The notes under the pieces were generated by a model. It did not search any database. It was not told the DNA's origin and saw only the letters and a program-made list of their open reading frames with translations. A DNA stretch of 64,000 nucleotides, from the NCBI GenBank assembly GCA_000004985.1, contig GG738861.1. One strand, 5' to 3'. Source of the DNA: Naegleria gruberi. Its lineage: Eukaryota. How positions within the stretch are numbered: position 1 is the first letter of the stretch; each line of letters starts with the position of its first letter. The position numbers were made by a program, and so were the translations under genes. Positions 34,980 through 46,671 of the stretch are shown here, piece by piece.

Positions 34980-36011
34980 TTAATAATTTGATCTTTTAAT
35001 TCTATAAATAAAAAAGCAACAACATCCACAAACAACACAACAACACAAAAATGGAATGAAATACACAAAAATAATCAATGAATTCACAGCACCACTTCCA
35101 CCATCCAAAATTATAGAATTTGATATTGTAGTAGCAATTGAAAATTTGTAAGTTTCGAATGGATAATGATCTCTTTCATTATTTTCACCTCTAACGACAA
35201 CTCTAAAAGGTTCAAAGAAGGAAATATCACTACTTCCTAAATTAGTAGCAGCTCTAGTAGTACTCAAGGTTTGATTTTTACCTCTATTCACAACCGCAAT
35301 ATATTTTCTCGATCCTAAATTAAGTGAAACTTTAGTATCATTCAATCTATTATTATAAATGGTATTGTCACTGTAATTTGGACTTGGGAATTCCTGAGAA
35401 TAAAATTCAAATCCAAAATCCAAACCTCTCTCAATGATAATTGATTGATCTGATGATGATAATGATGAAATTATTGATGAAGATGGAATAATTTGATAGA
35501 ATGCCCAACTGCCAACTGTCAAAATAGTAGATGTGATTGATTTTCCTGAATTAATACTTATTAAATAATCTGATGGAAAAGTATATCCTGTAATACCATA
35601 AGAATAGTAAGTATTTCTTTGAGCTGCAACTGCGATATATAACGTCTGATAAGTAAGTGATGAATTTCTACTTGTATAAGTATTTGAGAAATAACAAGTT
35701 CTGCATTCATATCTATCATCATAACTTGTTTGTGTTGGTACGGAATTTAATTTGAAATAAACTGTCAAACTATCAGAACTGCCAACATCTACTTTGACAA
35801 GAGCATTTTTTGGAATAATCAAATAGTAAAGATCATAATATCCATATTTAGGTGATGAATAGCTTTGAAAAACTGCAGATTCAAGTTGTTTTTGATTACG
35901 AAGTGTTTGTCCATTACATGTGGAAAGGAAAGTAAAGCAACAGAACAGTAGAAGTAGAAGTGTTAACAGTGCCTTCTTTGATTTTAACATTTTTTTTTCG
36001 TGATATGACAT
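34980..36011 (-). CDS. Type-I membrane/secreted glycoprotein with a poly-Cys juxtamembrane tail
   Basis: Signal peptide (LLTLLLLLFCCFTFLSTCNG). S/T/N-rich ectodomain. C-terminal 'IIFVYFIPFLCCCVVCGCCCFFIYRIK' is a TM helix plus a Cys cluster (palmitoylation-like). Confidence 0.45.
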   Translation of the reverse strand: MSYHEKKMLKSKKALLTLLLLLFCCFTFLSTCNGQTLRNQKQLESAVFQSYSSPKYGYYDLYYLIIPKNALVKVDVGSSDSLTVYFKLNSVPTQTSYDDRYECRTCYFSNTYTSRNSSLTYQTLYIAVAAQRNTYYSYGITGYTFPSDYLISINSGKSITSTILTVGSWAFYQIIPSSSIISSLSSSDQSIIIERGLDFGFEFYSQEFPSPNYSDNTIYNNRLNDTKVSLNLGSRKYIAVVNRGKNQTLSTTRAATNLGSSDISFFEPFRVVVRGENNERDHYPFETYKFSIATTISNSIILDGGSGAVNSLIIFVYFIPFLCCCVVCGCCCFFIYRIKRSNY

Positions 36012-36574
36012 TTGAATTATCTATTTGAAATAGTATTGTCCATTCAAGAGTTGGCACATTCCGAAACGTGATTGAACTGTAGTGTGTTATTTTTCTGAAT
36101 TGCACCAATTACAAAATTTACATCACGTTTTTTTCATCATTTACCCTTAGAAATTTATTATTTAGTTTAGCACTGATCCGGTCAACAACAAGATTATGAT
36201 GGTAAGGGCAATGTATTGAAGAGTGAATAGTGGATATTTATCTCTATTGAATATCATGCTTCCATCATTTAACGTAATTTTTTTTGGCAACATTTAAGGA
36301 TGAACCTAATGGTGATGATTCTCTCTGCATCAGCACCATCATCATCATAAGGCTGTAAAAGAAAAACATTTTCTTGTTCTTAATAGAGATCATGAGCACA
36401 GAGATTATGAACATCTATTATTATTGCATCTACTCGTTTTTAACGGCCACTTTGATATAATATGAACAAGAGAAATTATAAGAAAAAAAGCCTTGATATT
36501 AATCATCGTTATATTCTGTTTGGTTTGATTTGATTATTAATCAACTAACATTAAGAATCATCATCTTCATCATA

Positions 36575-38334
36575 ATGAGTTATAATAGAACAACCAATAA
36601 TAATACTAACAACAATGAGGATAAATCCATCCGAGTTGGAAATAGACTCAATGCAAAGGTGGGTAAAATAGCATCAATGTACAATGCTCTTGATAATGAC
36701 TCTCACGCTACTATTAAGAGAAGAAATCCAATTAGTGGAACCACATCATCCAATGTAACAACCAAAGTTGTTTCAAGCACTGTGCAGACGAGAACAGTGG
36801 CTAAGAAACCAACCCCAACCACACATCATTCTACTGTAAATTCAATGAAACCCTCTGCAGTTACGAATACAAACAAATCGAGAAATGTTGGTGCAGTTTC
36901 AAAACCTGTGGTAAAGACAACAACAAAAACAAGTACTGTGACAAGTAATATTGATAAGAGAGATGCCAATGATAGGAAAGCTGTTGAAAGGAAGGAGGTG
37001 AATGATAAGAAAGCAGAAGTAACAGTTGTCAATAATCATCAGAATAAGTATTTTGATAACTTTAAACCACAACCATTTCAATGTGATGCTTCAAGAATTA
37101 GAAAATATGAACCTAATTATTCTGAAATAGATAAGAGAGCTAGGAATACACCTAAATCTGAGGAAGCTTCTATTGAGAGACTTGCTCAATATTTAACTTC
37201 TCCCTACAATACTGTGGAAGAAAAAGCTAGGTCACTTTACATTTGGATTACATATAATATTGACTATGATGTAGATGGTCTGTATTCTGGAAATGCACAT
37301 TATACTGCAGACACATCCTTTAAGAGTAGAAGAGCTGTGTGCAGTGGATATTCTGATATTTTGAAAAAGATGTGTGACTGCTGTAAAATGGAGTGTGTTA
37401 CAATATCAGGTTGTGCAAAAGGAGCTGGTTATGTGATTGGTGCGCCAGTAGCTTCAAATCATGCATGGTCTGCCATCAAAACTGAAGATGGTCAATATAG
37501 ATTGATCGAGTCAACTTGGGGATCAGGCTATCTTGCACCAAACAGTAGCTCAAAATGGGGATCAGCCTTTGAAAGAAGATTTGTGGATAGGTACTTCTTT
37601 ATGAGTCCATATGAATTCATTGCAGAGCATTTTCCAGACGATTCCAAGTGGCAACTCTTACCAAAAACTGTAACCAAGGAAGAATATGAAAAGAGAGTTG
37701 CTATTAAAGGCAACGGGTTCAGCAATGGATTGAGTTGTGTTTCCCATCCCTATGGGCTTTATACTTTAACTGATTCAAATGTTTGTGAAATTGTGATGAA
37801 AGTTTTTCCAGGAACTGAATCCTTGATCAATCTCTGTGAGGAAAAGAATGGAACAGCTCTCTGGGATGCTGTCAATGTCACATATTCTGACAATAAGGAC
37901 ACAATTACAGCAAAGATTTGTTTCCCAAAAAAGAATGTAAAATATTCTGTCAGAGTGTTTGTTGGAGAAAAGGGAAGTAAATTAGAATGGGTTTGGAGCA
38001 AATGTTCACGGTGAGTCCATCAGCTAAGGTTGATGATAGAGGTTTTCCAACGATGTATTCAGACTTTGGTTCCCTTAATCTTTCCTTGGTCACTCCTAAT
38101 TTTGGTAAATTATCTAAAAACTCAACATACACTCTAGAAATTGCAACCAAAGGAATGCCTATTGATTTAATGATAACAGGAACTAACTCTGGCACTACAA
38201 TGCACAGTCATAAGGGAGGAGGTAATTGTAAATGTTCATTCACAACCGGTGTTGACCCTAACGTTACTGTTTTTGGAAAAACTGATCCAAACACAAGAAA
38301 TTACAAAGGATTACTTGTTTATAAAGTTGGTTAA
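36575..38334 (+). CDS. Transglutaminase-like (kyphoscoliosis-peptidase-type) cysteine-protease-fold protein. The reading frame shifts near 37990-38010
   Basis: TGc catalytic motifs: 'RRAVCSGYSDIL' (Cys), 'NHAWSAIK' (His) and a downstream Asp. A poly-N/T/S/K low-complexity N-terminus. The ORF 37987-38334 continues the protein in another frame and overlaps the first by 28 nt. Confidence 0.55.
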
Positions 38335-39473
38335 TTCTTGAAATCAATTTCCTTACATATCCAATTCAATTTTTTGTTTAAATCTTCATCCATTGTTGAA
38401 TAATCGTTCACATCTCTGAAATAAAAGTACACCTTCTTCTCAAAAGCATCAACTATTACAATGGATTGACTTTTAGACTTCCAGTTTGTAAATCTGGACT
38501 TGTAGTGTACAAACACTTCGTTAATAGTGCTTCTATCATAAAGATGAATATCAATCTTCCTTTCAAGACTATACTTCTCAGTAAGGTCTGTACATGTTCT
38601 ATATTTTTGAACTAGTTCGACTAATTCCTCGCTAAAATTATGGAGTGTCATATATTCATCCGTGAATAAATGAGCATCTTCTATTGAAATGAAGTTATTC
38701 TCATATTTGTTAATATTCCTTATATTTAAAAGACTGCTTAAGGTTTCCACAACCTGATCAGGAGTTTTATCATCTGTTACCATTTCTTTGCATATTTGGT
38801 TTGTTCCCTCTTTAAGGCTTTTTACTTTTTGCCACAGATTATCATTTAAAAATGAATTTGAAATACAATGAGTCGAATTTTTGTCTAAACTTTGAATGAT
38901 CAGTTTGTCTTGCAACTTTTCAGGCCATTGAGACAATGGTTTTCCCATTTCATTTCTAGCGAAAATTCTATTTGTAAAATAAATCAAGTCCTTATTCATG
39001 TCAAACAAATTTCCACAAATAATTATAAAACCCTTTGTTTTTAGCCAATCCTTCTCGCATTCATTAATATGATCCATCAAATCATTATGCTTTAGTAAAT
39101 CGATTAGGAGTTTGCTCCTAATTATTTTAGCTGGTTTTTTAGTTTCAGTAACACATTCCTCAGTTGCTACTAATTGATTATTTACATCCTTATTATACAA
39201 TTCTAGTGTTGGTTTGTTCGTTGAGTAATCATCATCCACGTTAGTTAGAATAGCCATATTTCCATTATCAATATTTATCCCCATCCAAGTATTTCCATAC
39301 ACCAAATCAGTAATACAGCAAATGCAATCATCAATTAATGAAAATGAAGAGGAAGTCGGTCTATCATATTCTTCATCTCGATTCGCCAACATAATGAACG
39401 GATATCTTGCAGATGAAGTTGCTGCATCACAACAATTTGAACCAGTGGTAGTATGAAGAGCAACAATACACAT
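38331..39473 (-). CDS. TANGO2 / NRDE-family protein with a C-terminal extension
   Basis: Starts 'MCIVALHTTTGS...YPFIMLANRDEEYDRPT', matching the TANGO2 N-terminus 'MCI...NRDE'. The ORF-track start is TTG; ATG is at 39473. Confidence 0.6.
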   Translation of the reverse strand: MCIVALHTTTGSNCCDAATSSARYPFIMLANRDEEYDRPTSSSFSLIDDCICCITDLVYGNTWMGINIDNGNMAILTNVDDDYSTNKPTLELYNKDVNNQLVATEECVTETKKPAKIIRSKLLIDLLKHNDLMDHINECEKDWLKTKGFIIICGNLFDMNKDLIYFTNRIFARNEMGKPLSQWPEKLQDKLIIQSLDKNSTHCISNSFLNDNLWQKVKSLKEGTNQICKEMVTDDKTPDQVVETLSSLLNIRNINKYENNFISIEDAHLFTDEYMTLHNFSEELVELVQKYRTCTDLTEKYSLERKIDIHLYDRSTINEVFVHYKSRFTNWKSKSQSIVIVDAFEKKVYFYFRDVNDYSTMDEDLNKKLNWICKEIDFKN

Positions 39474-40065
39474 TTTTTTCAATTTTGATTTTGCAATCCC
39501 GAGTTCATCACATGTTCATTGTTCTTTAAATAATATAAAGCAGAACAAGGTTCATCATGATTCTTTACAATTTGTATTCTTTGGCAAATCTTAAGAAGAT
39601 TATTTTATATTTATCAACACTTAATACATTAAAGAAGTTACAACATCTGTTGTTCCTAGTTGAATTCCTTAACTTTTGTTTGGAAAATATTAAGGATGTA
39701 ATAGTTGTTCGTTGAAGATGAACATGTTCATCATCACTCTCATCTTAATATTTTCCAAATTATAAGTATCAGTTGCCTCGATTCCATAAGAGATATAGTA
39801 AGATTTTTTCTCATCAAAAGTTCGCAAAGAATCTGTGTACATTTTGCTCTCGATTGCAACCAACACTGGTTCCTAATCGAGACTTTTTTGGATACCTGTA
39901 AGACTTTTTAGTGTAGAGGTGTAATGGGTCCTTTGAAAATAAACTGTAAAATTGAGGCAAGCCTTAACGAACTCTCTTCTACAATAGAGCGCCAAGTCTC
40001 TCCTAATAACAAACCACAAAAAAAGATACTAAGGCTGAAGGGAATATATTGAAAATTTTTATCAT

Positions 40066-42091
40066 CATGCCTTCTAATATTAATAATCGTGGTCATAGTG
40101 AAGATGATAGTGATGAGAGGTTGATAAATTCAAGCCTTTCATTGGCTAAACCATCTAATAGAGCAGGTATTCAAACTGATGAGGATTTTGATGTTACAAG
40201 TCTTCATGAAACACAGGAAGCCATCAAAAAGAAATTGTTATTAGCAAAAATGGACTCACAGTATATGGACGACGATGATGATGTTGATAGTGAAGTAAAG
40301 TTTGAAAAGTTATCAACCAAGGGAAGAAGAAACCCAACAAAACTTGCAGAAATGAATTCCGCCTCAAATATGAGTCAAACTTCGTCATTCCAAAGAGGTG
40401 AAAAAAGAAGAGGTATTAGTAGAAGATTTGCCTCAACAATGAACTCTCGTAAAGGTCTAGATACTGGTAGTCAAATGGATACATCAAGCAATTATAGTGA
40501 TGATAACTCTGATACCCAAAGTCAACTTACCTCCGACAGTGGTGCCGATAGATCAACCTTAGATGATGAAGTTGCCTTCACTCATCAAGACGACTTTGTA
40601 CAGTTAAATAATTTGATCTCACAATTTAATATGTGTGGATTCCCAGTTTTAATCTTTGATAATTATGCAACAATAGAATATTTGAATCGAGAAGCAGAAG
40701 ACCTCTTTGGTGTATTCTCCTTCTCTGTTTTGGGAGAACACGTAAGTGAGCTGTTCCTTGAAGATTCAGTTTGTGAAGTACAACAAGTCATTGAAGATTT
40801 TACAGGAAAACCAATCTTCAACAATTCTGATGGTGCATCTGTTACATCAATCAGTAAGGAAGTTGGAGCTGAAGAATTAAAAAAGAGAAAGGATACACTA
40901 ATGAAAATCAGAATATTGAAAGGAAAAGCAACAATACTTAAAACATTTTTCTCTGTTAAAACAAGATTCATTACGATTCAAAAATTGGGAGTTGAACATT
41001 TTGTAGCATATATGGAAGTGATACAAGACAGTATTGAAGAAAAGAAAGAAATGGCTTTGAGAAAGGTTTACGAAGCCATCACAGATTTGTCAGTCATTCC
41101 AATTATTTCAATTTCTCAACAAGGTATTATTCAAACATTCAATACTGCATGCACTGCAACATTTGGATACTTGAAGAAAGATGTTCTAGGTAAAAATGTG
41201 AAAATGTTATGCAATGAAAAGGATAGACAAAAACATGATTACTATCTTCAAAGATATTTGAAAACAGGAGAGAAGAGAGTAGTAGATAAGACAAGATTTT
41301 TGAAAGCTAAAACAAAGAAGGCTAAATCAATCAAGATTGAATTAAGAGTTTCCGAAATTATTGATGTAGGAAGTAGTTCTTCATCATTTGTTGGTTTTAT
41401 CAGAGATGTGAAGAACATGGTAACTAAGGAAGAACAATTGACAAGACTTGCAGACAAGATTTTCCCTAAGAATGTTGCTCAACGTATCAGTATGGGTCAA
41501 CAAGTTATTGATATTTTCGAAATGTGTAGTGTGTTGTTCTGTGACATTGTGGGTTTCACAAAGATGTCGAATGGTAAAAGACCAGAAGAAGTTGTCTCAA
41601 TTCTCCATGAAATTTTTGGTAGCTTTGATGATGTCTGTACAGCTTTCCAATTAGAAAAGATCAAGACAATTGGTGATTGTTACTTTTTAGCTAGTGGTGT
41701 TCCAAAATTCGTTCCTGAACATGCTGATAATATTGTAAAGGGAGGTTTAGCCATGATTCGTGTGATTCAACAATTTTGTAAAAAAGAAACCACTGTAGAC
41801 CTAAAAGTAAGAATTGGTATTCACAGTAGTTGTGATATTATTGCTGGTGTTGTCGGTAAGACTAAACAAACCTATGACTTGTTCGGTAAAGGCATAGAGG
41901 TTGCAGAAATTGTCGAATCAACAGGTAAAACCAATCAAGTGCAAATTAGTAACTCTACCTATCAATTACTGCAATCGGAGAAGCTTAAGAGTTTGTTTAG
42001 TGTTCATTATGAAGAAAAGGAAGAATTGCTTCTTGAAAAGGTTGGCAAAGTTGTTATTCCAGAAAGAACGTGGATTACCGATTTGCAATAA
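40066..42091 (+). CDS. PAS-PAS-(class III nucleotidyl cyclase homology domain) protein with a C1-like single cyclase domain
   Basis: The C-terminus carries CHD motifs: 'LFCDIVGFTKM' (metal Asp 1), 'KIKTIGDCYFLASGVP' (metal Asp 2) and 'RIGIHSSCDIIAGVVG'. Where the canonical 'TVNTASRMES' lies it reads 'GIEVAEIVES', so Asn and Arg are absent. Two upstream PAS-like blocks are present: 'FPVLIFDNYATIEYLNREAEDLFGV' and 'IPIISISQQGIIQTFNTACTATFGYLKKDVLGKNVKMLC'. Confidence 0.7.
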
Positions 42092-42215
42092 ATTTAATTT
42101 CATCATCTAGATATTATTGAATTTGAACTATTTGAAAGATTTTTCCGAATATCATCACAATAAATTTTTTAATTTAAATATTATTATTTTCGGTTTAACT
42201 TAGCACCAAAACGAT

Positions 42216-42512
42216 TTATTGTTGAGCAACTTGTTCAGTCTTTTCCTTTTCTTGGAATTGTCTGACGTAGATCTTTCTGGCATTGAATTCAGATTCGTTG
42301 AACATGGTGATAGCCTTAGCAGCAGCTTCAGCAGTATCGAATTCAACAAAACCAATACCCTTGGATCTCTTAGTTTGAGCATCAGTGAAGATTCTAGCGT
42401 AGGTAACGTTACCAGCAGCAGAGAAGTGTTCCTTCAAAGCAGACCAGTTGGTTCTGTATGGCAAGTTAGAAACAAAAACCTTGGTGTCAGATGGTGCTTG
42501 GGTGGTGGACAT
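42216..42512 (-). CDS. Small single-RRM RNA-binding protein
   Basis: RNP2 'KVFVSNL' and RNP1 'KGIGFVEF', about 98 aa from the ATG at 42512. The ORF-track start is TTG. Confidence 0.65.
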   Translation of the reverse strand: MSTTQAPSDTKVFVSNLPYRTNWSALKEHFSAAGNVTYARIFTDAQTKRSKGIGFVEFDTAEAAAKAITMFNESEFNARKIYVRQFQEKEKTEQVAQQ

Positions 42513-43980
42513 TATGTTTGATGTATTTTTTTTCAACAAAAAGAGATTCAAAATATTCTTTTACACTCGCGAGTCAACGCAAGCAAACTTGCCGTGTTTG
42601 ACTCAGAGCTTAACGGTGTCGTGTTCAACTCTCTCGTTTGATTGGTTGGAGATTAAACAGGGCGTTTGTTACTCATCTGATGGTGTACAAGCTCTCTTTG
42701 AAGAACAACGGTTGCTATTACAGCAACATTGTTTATTTGGATATCTACACAGCATGGGAGAGAGAGGTGAGCGAATAGAATATTAAAATAATGTGCATCA
42801 CTGATATTGAATCATGAAATTGAATTTTAAAATTGATAATCAATTATTAAATGTATTTTAAATTTTCCAAGTGGTTCATCATGTCCAATAATTTTATACA
42901 TTTCGACAATTTTAAAGGAAATTATCCAAAAGAACCTTAAGCTAAAGAAGATATCAATAACAAATAATTAAAAATCAAATAGATACTCTCGATTGAATAT
43001 TTGAAAAATTCAGTAGATAGTAATGGCGGTTTTGATTAGATAAGACAATTTCCATCATTATTTGCCCATCCCGAAAGAGTACAAATTCAATCTTATCCTC
43101 TCCATTCGGGACGCACCAGTCGATCAAATAGGCGCAATTATTGTCTTTGTCCACTCTCTTCTATCAATACAACTTCTTTGGAAGAAAACAAGTGAAAAAA
43201 AACAATCTATTTGCAATGTCTTATCTGAGAAGGAATATTAACAAGTCTCTTATTCCGATATTGATTGCCGGAAGCTATTATGCTAATTCATTAAGAACTC
43301 AATCAACATCTTCTTTTAATAAGAAGGAATTGGAATCAATTTCTTCCAACAATACTCAATCAACAAACAATATACAATCATCATCCTTCGCACCAACAAT
43401 TCGGCCTTCTAATATACAATCCCTATCAGTGGAAAATCTACGTGAATCCATTCATAATGTTCTCACAACCATTCTTCATACCTTCATGAAGGTGCATTAA
43501 ATTTTAGTCTCGCGCATCACACACTTGTAAATAAACACTTCAGAATGTAAATAAACACACACAGAATATTATACCCAACAACAATAATATTGCATCAGAT
43601 AAATATTAGTATTGAATGAGTCAAGCCACAGGATTGATTACAATTTCTATTGAAACTTCATCCTTGCCTTTTCCGAGGACCATCAAGGAGTGCTTAAATT
43701 TCGATTGACCTTCAAGTCCTTATCCATTTCCCTCCCAACAATACATCAACAACCATCACAAGTTACTTCCCTGAAGTTGCAAATGATCCATAAATTACAA
43801 AGAGGAGGATCTTCCATCATGCATCACAACTTAAAAATCTCAACAAAAAAAAAAACTCTAGATATCAAAAGCCTTTTGTGCAAAAATCATTTAAAATTTT
43901 TAAACAAGTTCAAAAGAATCAATTTTTAAACGTTACCCAGACAAAAATACAAAGAAGAAATTACACAACTGCCGATCAAA

Positions 43981-46657
43981 ATGAGTGACACCATCAATAA
44001 TGATACTTCAATTACTGTTGAATCTGACTCTCTCCATCACCAGGATCAGGATGTAAAGAATGATCAGCAAACCAATGCAATTTCGTCATCGGTTAGTACA
44101 ACTGATGAAACCTTGGTACAAATGGCAGAATCATCACTTTCGTCAAGTGTGAGTGGTGACGTGTCTCACTTGGATGTTACTCTTGATTTTGTTCCTCATC
44201 AGGCAACTTCAATCAATGAAGTTATTCCAGAATCTGTAATTAATGTTGAAAGTCAATCTAGTGATGATAATCAAGTTAAAGAATATTTTGTAAAGAAAGA
44301 ACCAACTGTATTTATTAATGAAAGAGATGTTTTAAAAGAATATAACATTCCTCACAAGCCATACAGCTATCAGTCATTGGTCACAAGAAACATCAAACAA
44401 ATTGTGCCTAATCAAACTGTCGTTGTTGGAAATGCAAACGAAACTGGAGAAGGAATTGAACCTTCACCAATTAGAAGAAGAGCCGATTTTAAAGATGGAC
44501 TCGTTTCTGGTTGTACATTTAATGACAAGACTCCAACAACTTGTTATGAATCTTTTAAATTTGCTGCTGAGAAATTCCCAAATCGTCCTTGCTTGGGTAG
44601 AATTGATACAATTGCAAGCAGTTCCACTCCAAATGCACCTCCACAATTGGGTGTTAAATTTGAAACTTATTCACAAGTTCAAGAAAAGGTTCTCAATGTT
44701 GGTTCTGCACTTGTAAATACTGGTCTTAAACCACATTATCACGTTGCAATTTATTCAAAGAATAGACCTGAATGGCAAGTTGTTTCTGAAGCTTGTCATA
44801 CTCAATCACTTGTTACAATTGCCTTGTATGATACATTGGGAGAAGAATCATCTGTATATATTATGAATCATGGTGAAGTTGTCACTTTATTTGTTAGTGG
44901 TGATGATGTATTTTCAAAGAATGTTATGAAATGGGTTAATCAATGTGAATATTTGAAACATGTTGTCTTGTTTGATAATTTAGAAAATGCTAAATATGCA
45001 GAACAAGTTCAAACATGGAAGGAAGAATTCAAAAACAAGACCAAAGACTCTGTCAAATTATATACATTCAGTGAATTCTCTGCATTAGGTGCTGGTGATA
45101 AGAGAGTTAATCCAACTCCACCAAGAGCTATTGATATTTCATCTATTATGTATACTAGGTAAGTTCATTATTAACAATATTCAAAGATTAATATTTCAAT
45201 AGTGGTACAACTGGTATGCCAAAAGGAGTAATTTTGACTCACTTGAATATTGTTTCGACAATTTCAGGTGTAATTGGTAATTTGATTCACATTTCAGAGC
45301 AAGATAGAGTTATTTCATATTTACCACTTGCTCACATCTTGGAAAGAGTTGCTGAAATGGCTTTCATTCAAGTTGGTGGTAGTATTGGGTAAGTTTCAGT
45401 TCTTTCAATGTTAATTTACAAAAAATAACAAAGTTATTGGAGAGGTGATGTTAGAAAACTTAAGGATGATATTGCAATTGTTCAACCAACTTTGTTCCCT
45501 GCAGTTCCAAGAGTTTTGGATCGTCTCTATGATGGTATCAGAGATCAAATCAAACAAAAGAAAAAGTTTGCCCAAATGATTTTCCAAAAAGCTTACAATT
45601 CCAAGCTGAAGGCCATTGAAACTAATGGTATTGAAGTTAAGAACCCAATTCTTGATATGTTGGTTTTCAACAAATTGAAAGCTGCTGTTGGTGGTAAATT
45701 GAAGGGTATCTTATCCGGAGGTGCACCTTTAAGAAAAGAAGTACAGCAATTCATTTCAGTTGCTTTCGGATGCCCAGTTGTTCAAGGTTATGGTTTAACT
45801 GAAACGTAAGTATTATTGAAATTGTGTAACAATTATTGAAACTTTTCATAGATGTGCCGGTTCTACAATTCAATTGCCATATGACTTCTCAACTGGTCAT
45901 GGTGGCTGCTTATTGCCTTGCTTGGAAGTCAAATTGGTTGACGTTCCAGACATGAATTATTCCAATAAGTCCAATAACAGTGGTGAAGTTTGTATCAGAG
46001 GTCCAAATATTTCACTTGGCTATTATAAGGAAGAAGAAAAGACTCGTGAAGTTTATGATACAGATGGTTGGTTCCATACTGGTGATATTGGAAGGTTAGT
46101 ATTTAATTTAGTATTATAACTGATTCATTATTTTCAATAGATGGTTACCATCTGGTCAATTAGCAATTGTTGATAGAAAGAAGAACATGTTTAAATTGGC
46201 TCAAGGTGAATATGTTGCTGCTGAAAATGTTGAAGGTAAATTGAGTGAAGCCAATTATGTTTCTCGTTTGTGGGTTTATGGTGATAGTTACAAGACATTC
46301 CTTGTCGGTTTTGTTGCTGTTAATGGATTGAAATTATTGGATTGGGCTTTACAAAATCAAAAGTTAGCAAACGTCACTGCCATTTCTCAACTTTCAGAAT
46401 CTCAACAATTGGAACATTTGGAAAAATTATGTGCTGATGAATCAGTAAATAAGATGATTCTCAAAGAATTGGAAAGAGTTGGAAAGGAAAAGAAATTATT
46501 AGGGTTTGAAATGGTTAAGGCCATCAAATTGCTTCCAAGAGATTTTGAATTCTATCCTGGATGTACAACACCAAAATTGAGTCTTGTTAGAAACAAGCTT
46601 AGAGATTTGTTCCAAAAGGACATTGACGAAATGTATGAAAAGACTGATGTTAAATAA
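43981..46657 (+). CDS. Long-chain fatty-acid-CoA ligase (acyl-CoA synthetase). Five exons: 43981-45158, 45203-45388, 45434-45805, 45852-46094 and 46141-46657
   Basis: The AMP-binding motif '[12 protein letters not shown]' is reconstituted across intron 1. Also present are 'QGYGLTET', 'WFHTGDIGR' (split by intron 4) and '[15 protein letters not shown]'. All four introns are GTAAGT or GTTAGT ... AG and keep the frame. The N-terminal extension is about 130 aa and Ser-rich. Confidence 0.85.
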
Positions 46658-46671
46658 ATTATTTATTCTTA

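Noticed and set aside
37987-38334. Treating 37987-38334 as an independent gene
   Set aside because: It overlaps the end of the TGc-like ORF in another frame and has no start context. It is better explained as the continuation of that protein after a 1-nt frame slip.
39480-39482. ORF-track start codons for several genes (39482, 21883, 24763, 42551, 48339, 53688, 40049, 51407, 3967)
   Set aside because: These positions are TTG or GTG, which the ORF finder accepts but a eukaryotic nuclear gene would not use. Starts were moved to the first in-frame ATG or to an inferred upstream exon.
40738-40750. A 'GTAAGTGAG' inside the PAS/cyclase gene that looks like a splice donor
   Set aside because: The frame stays open and the protein alignment is continuous through it. 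No downstream acceptor would improve the model, so this is a coincidental hexamer.
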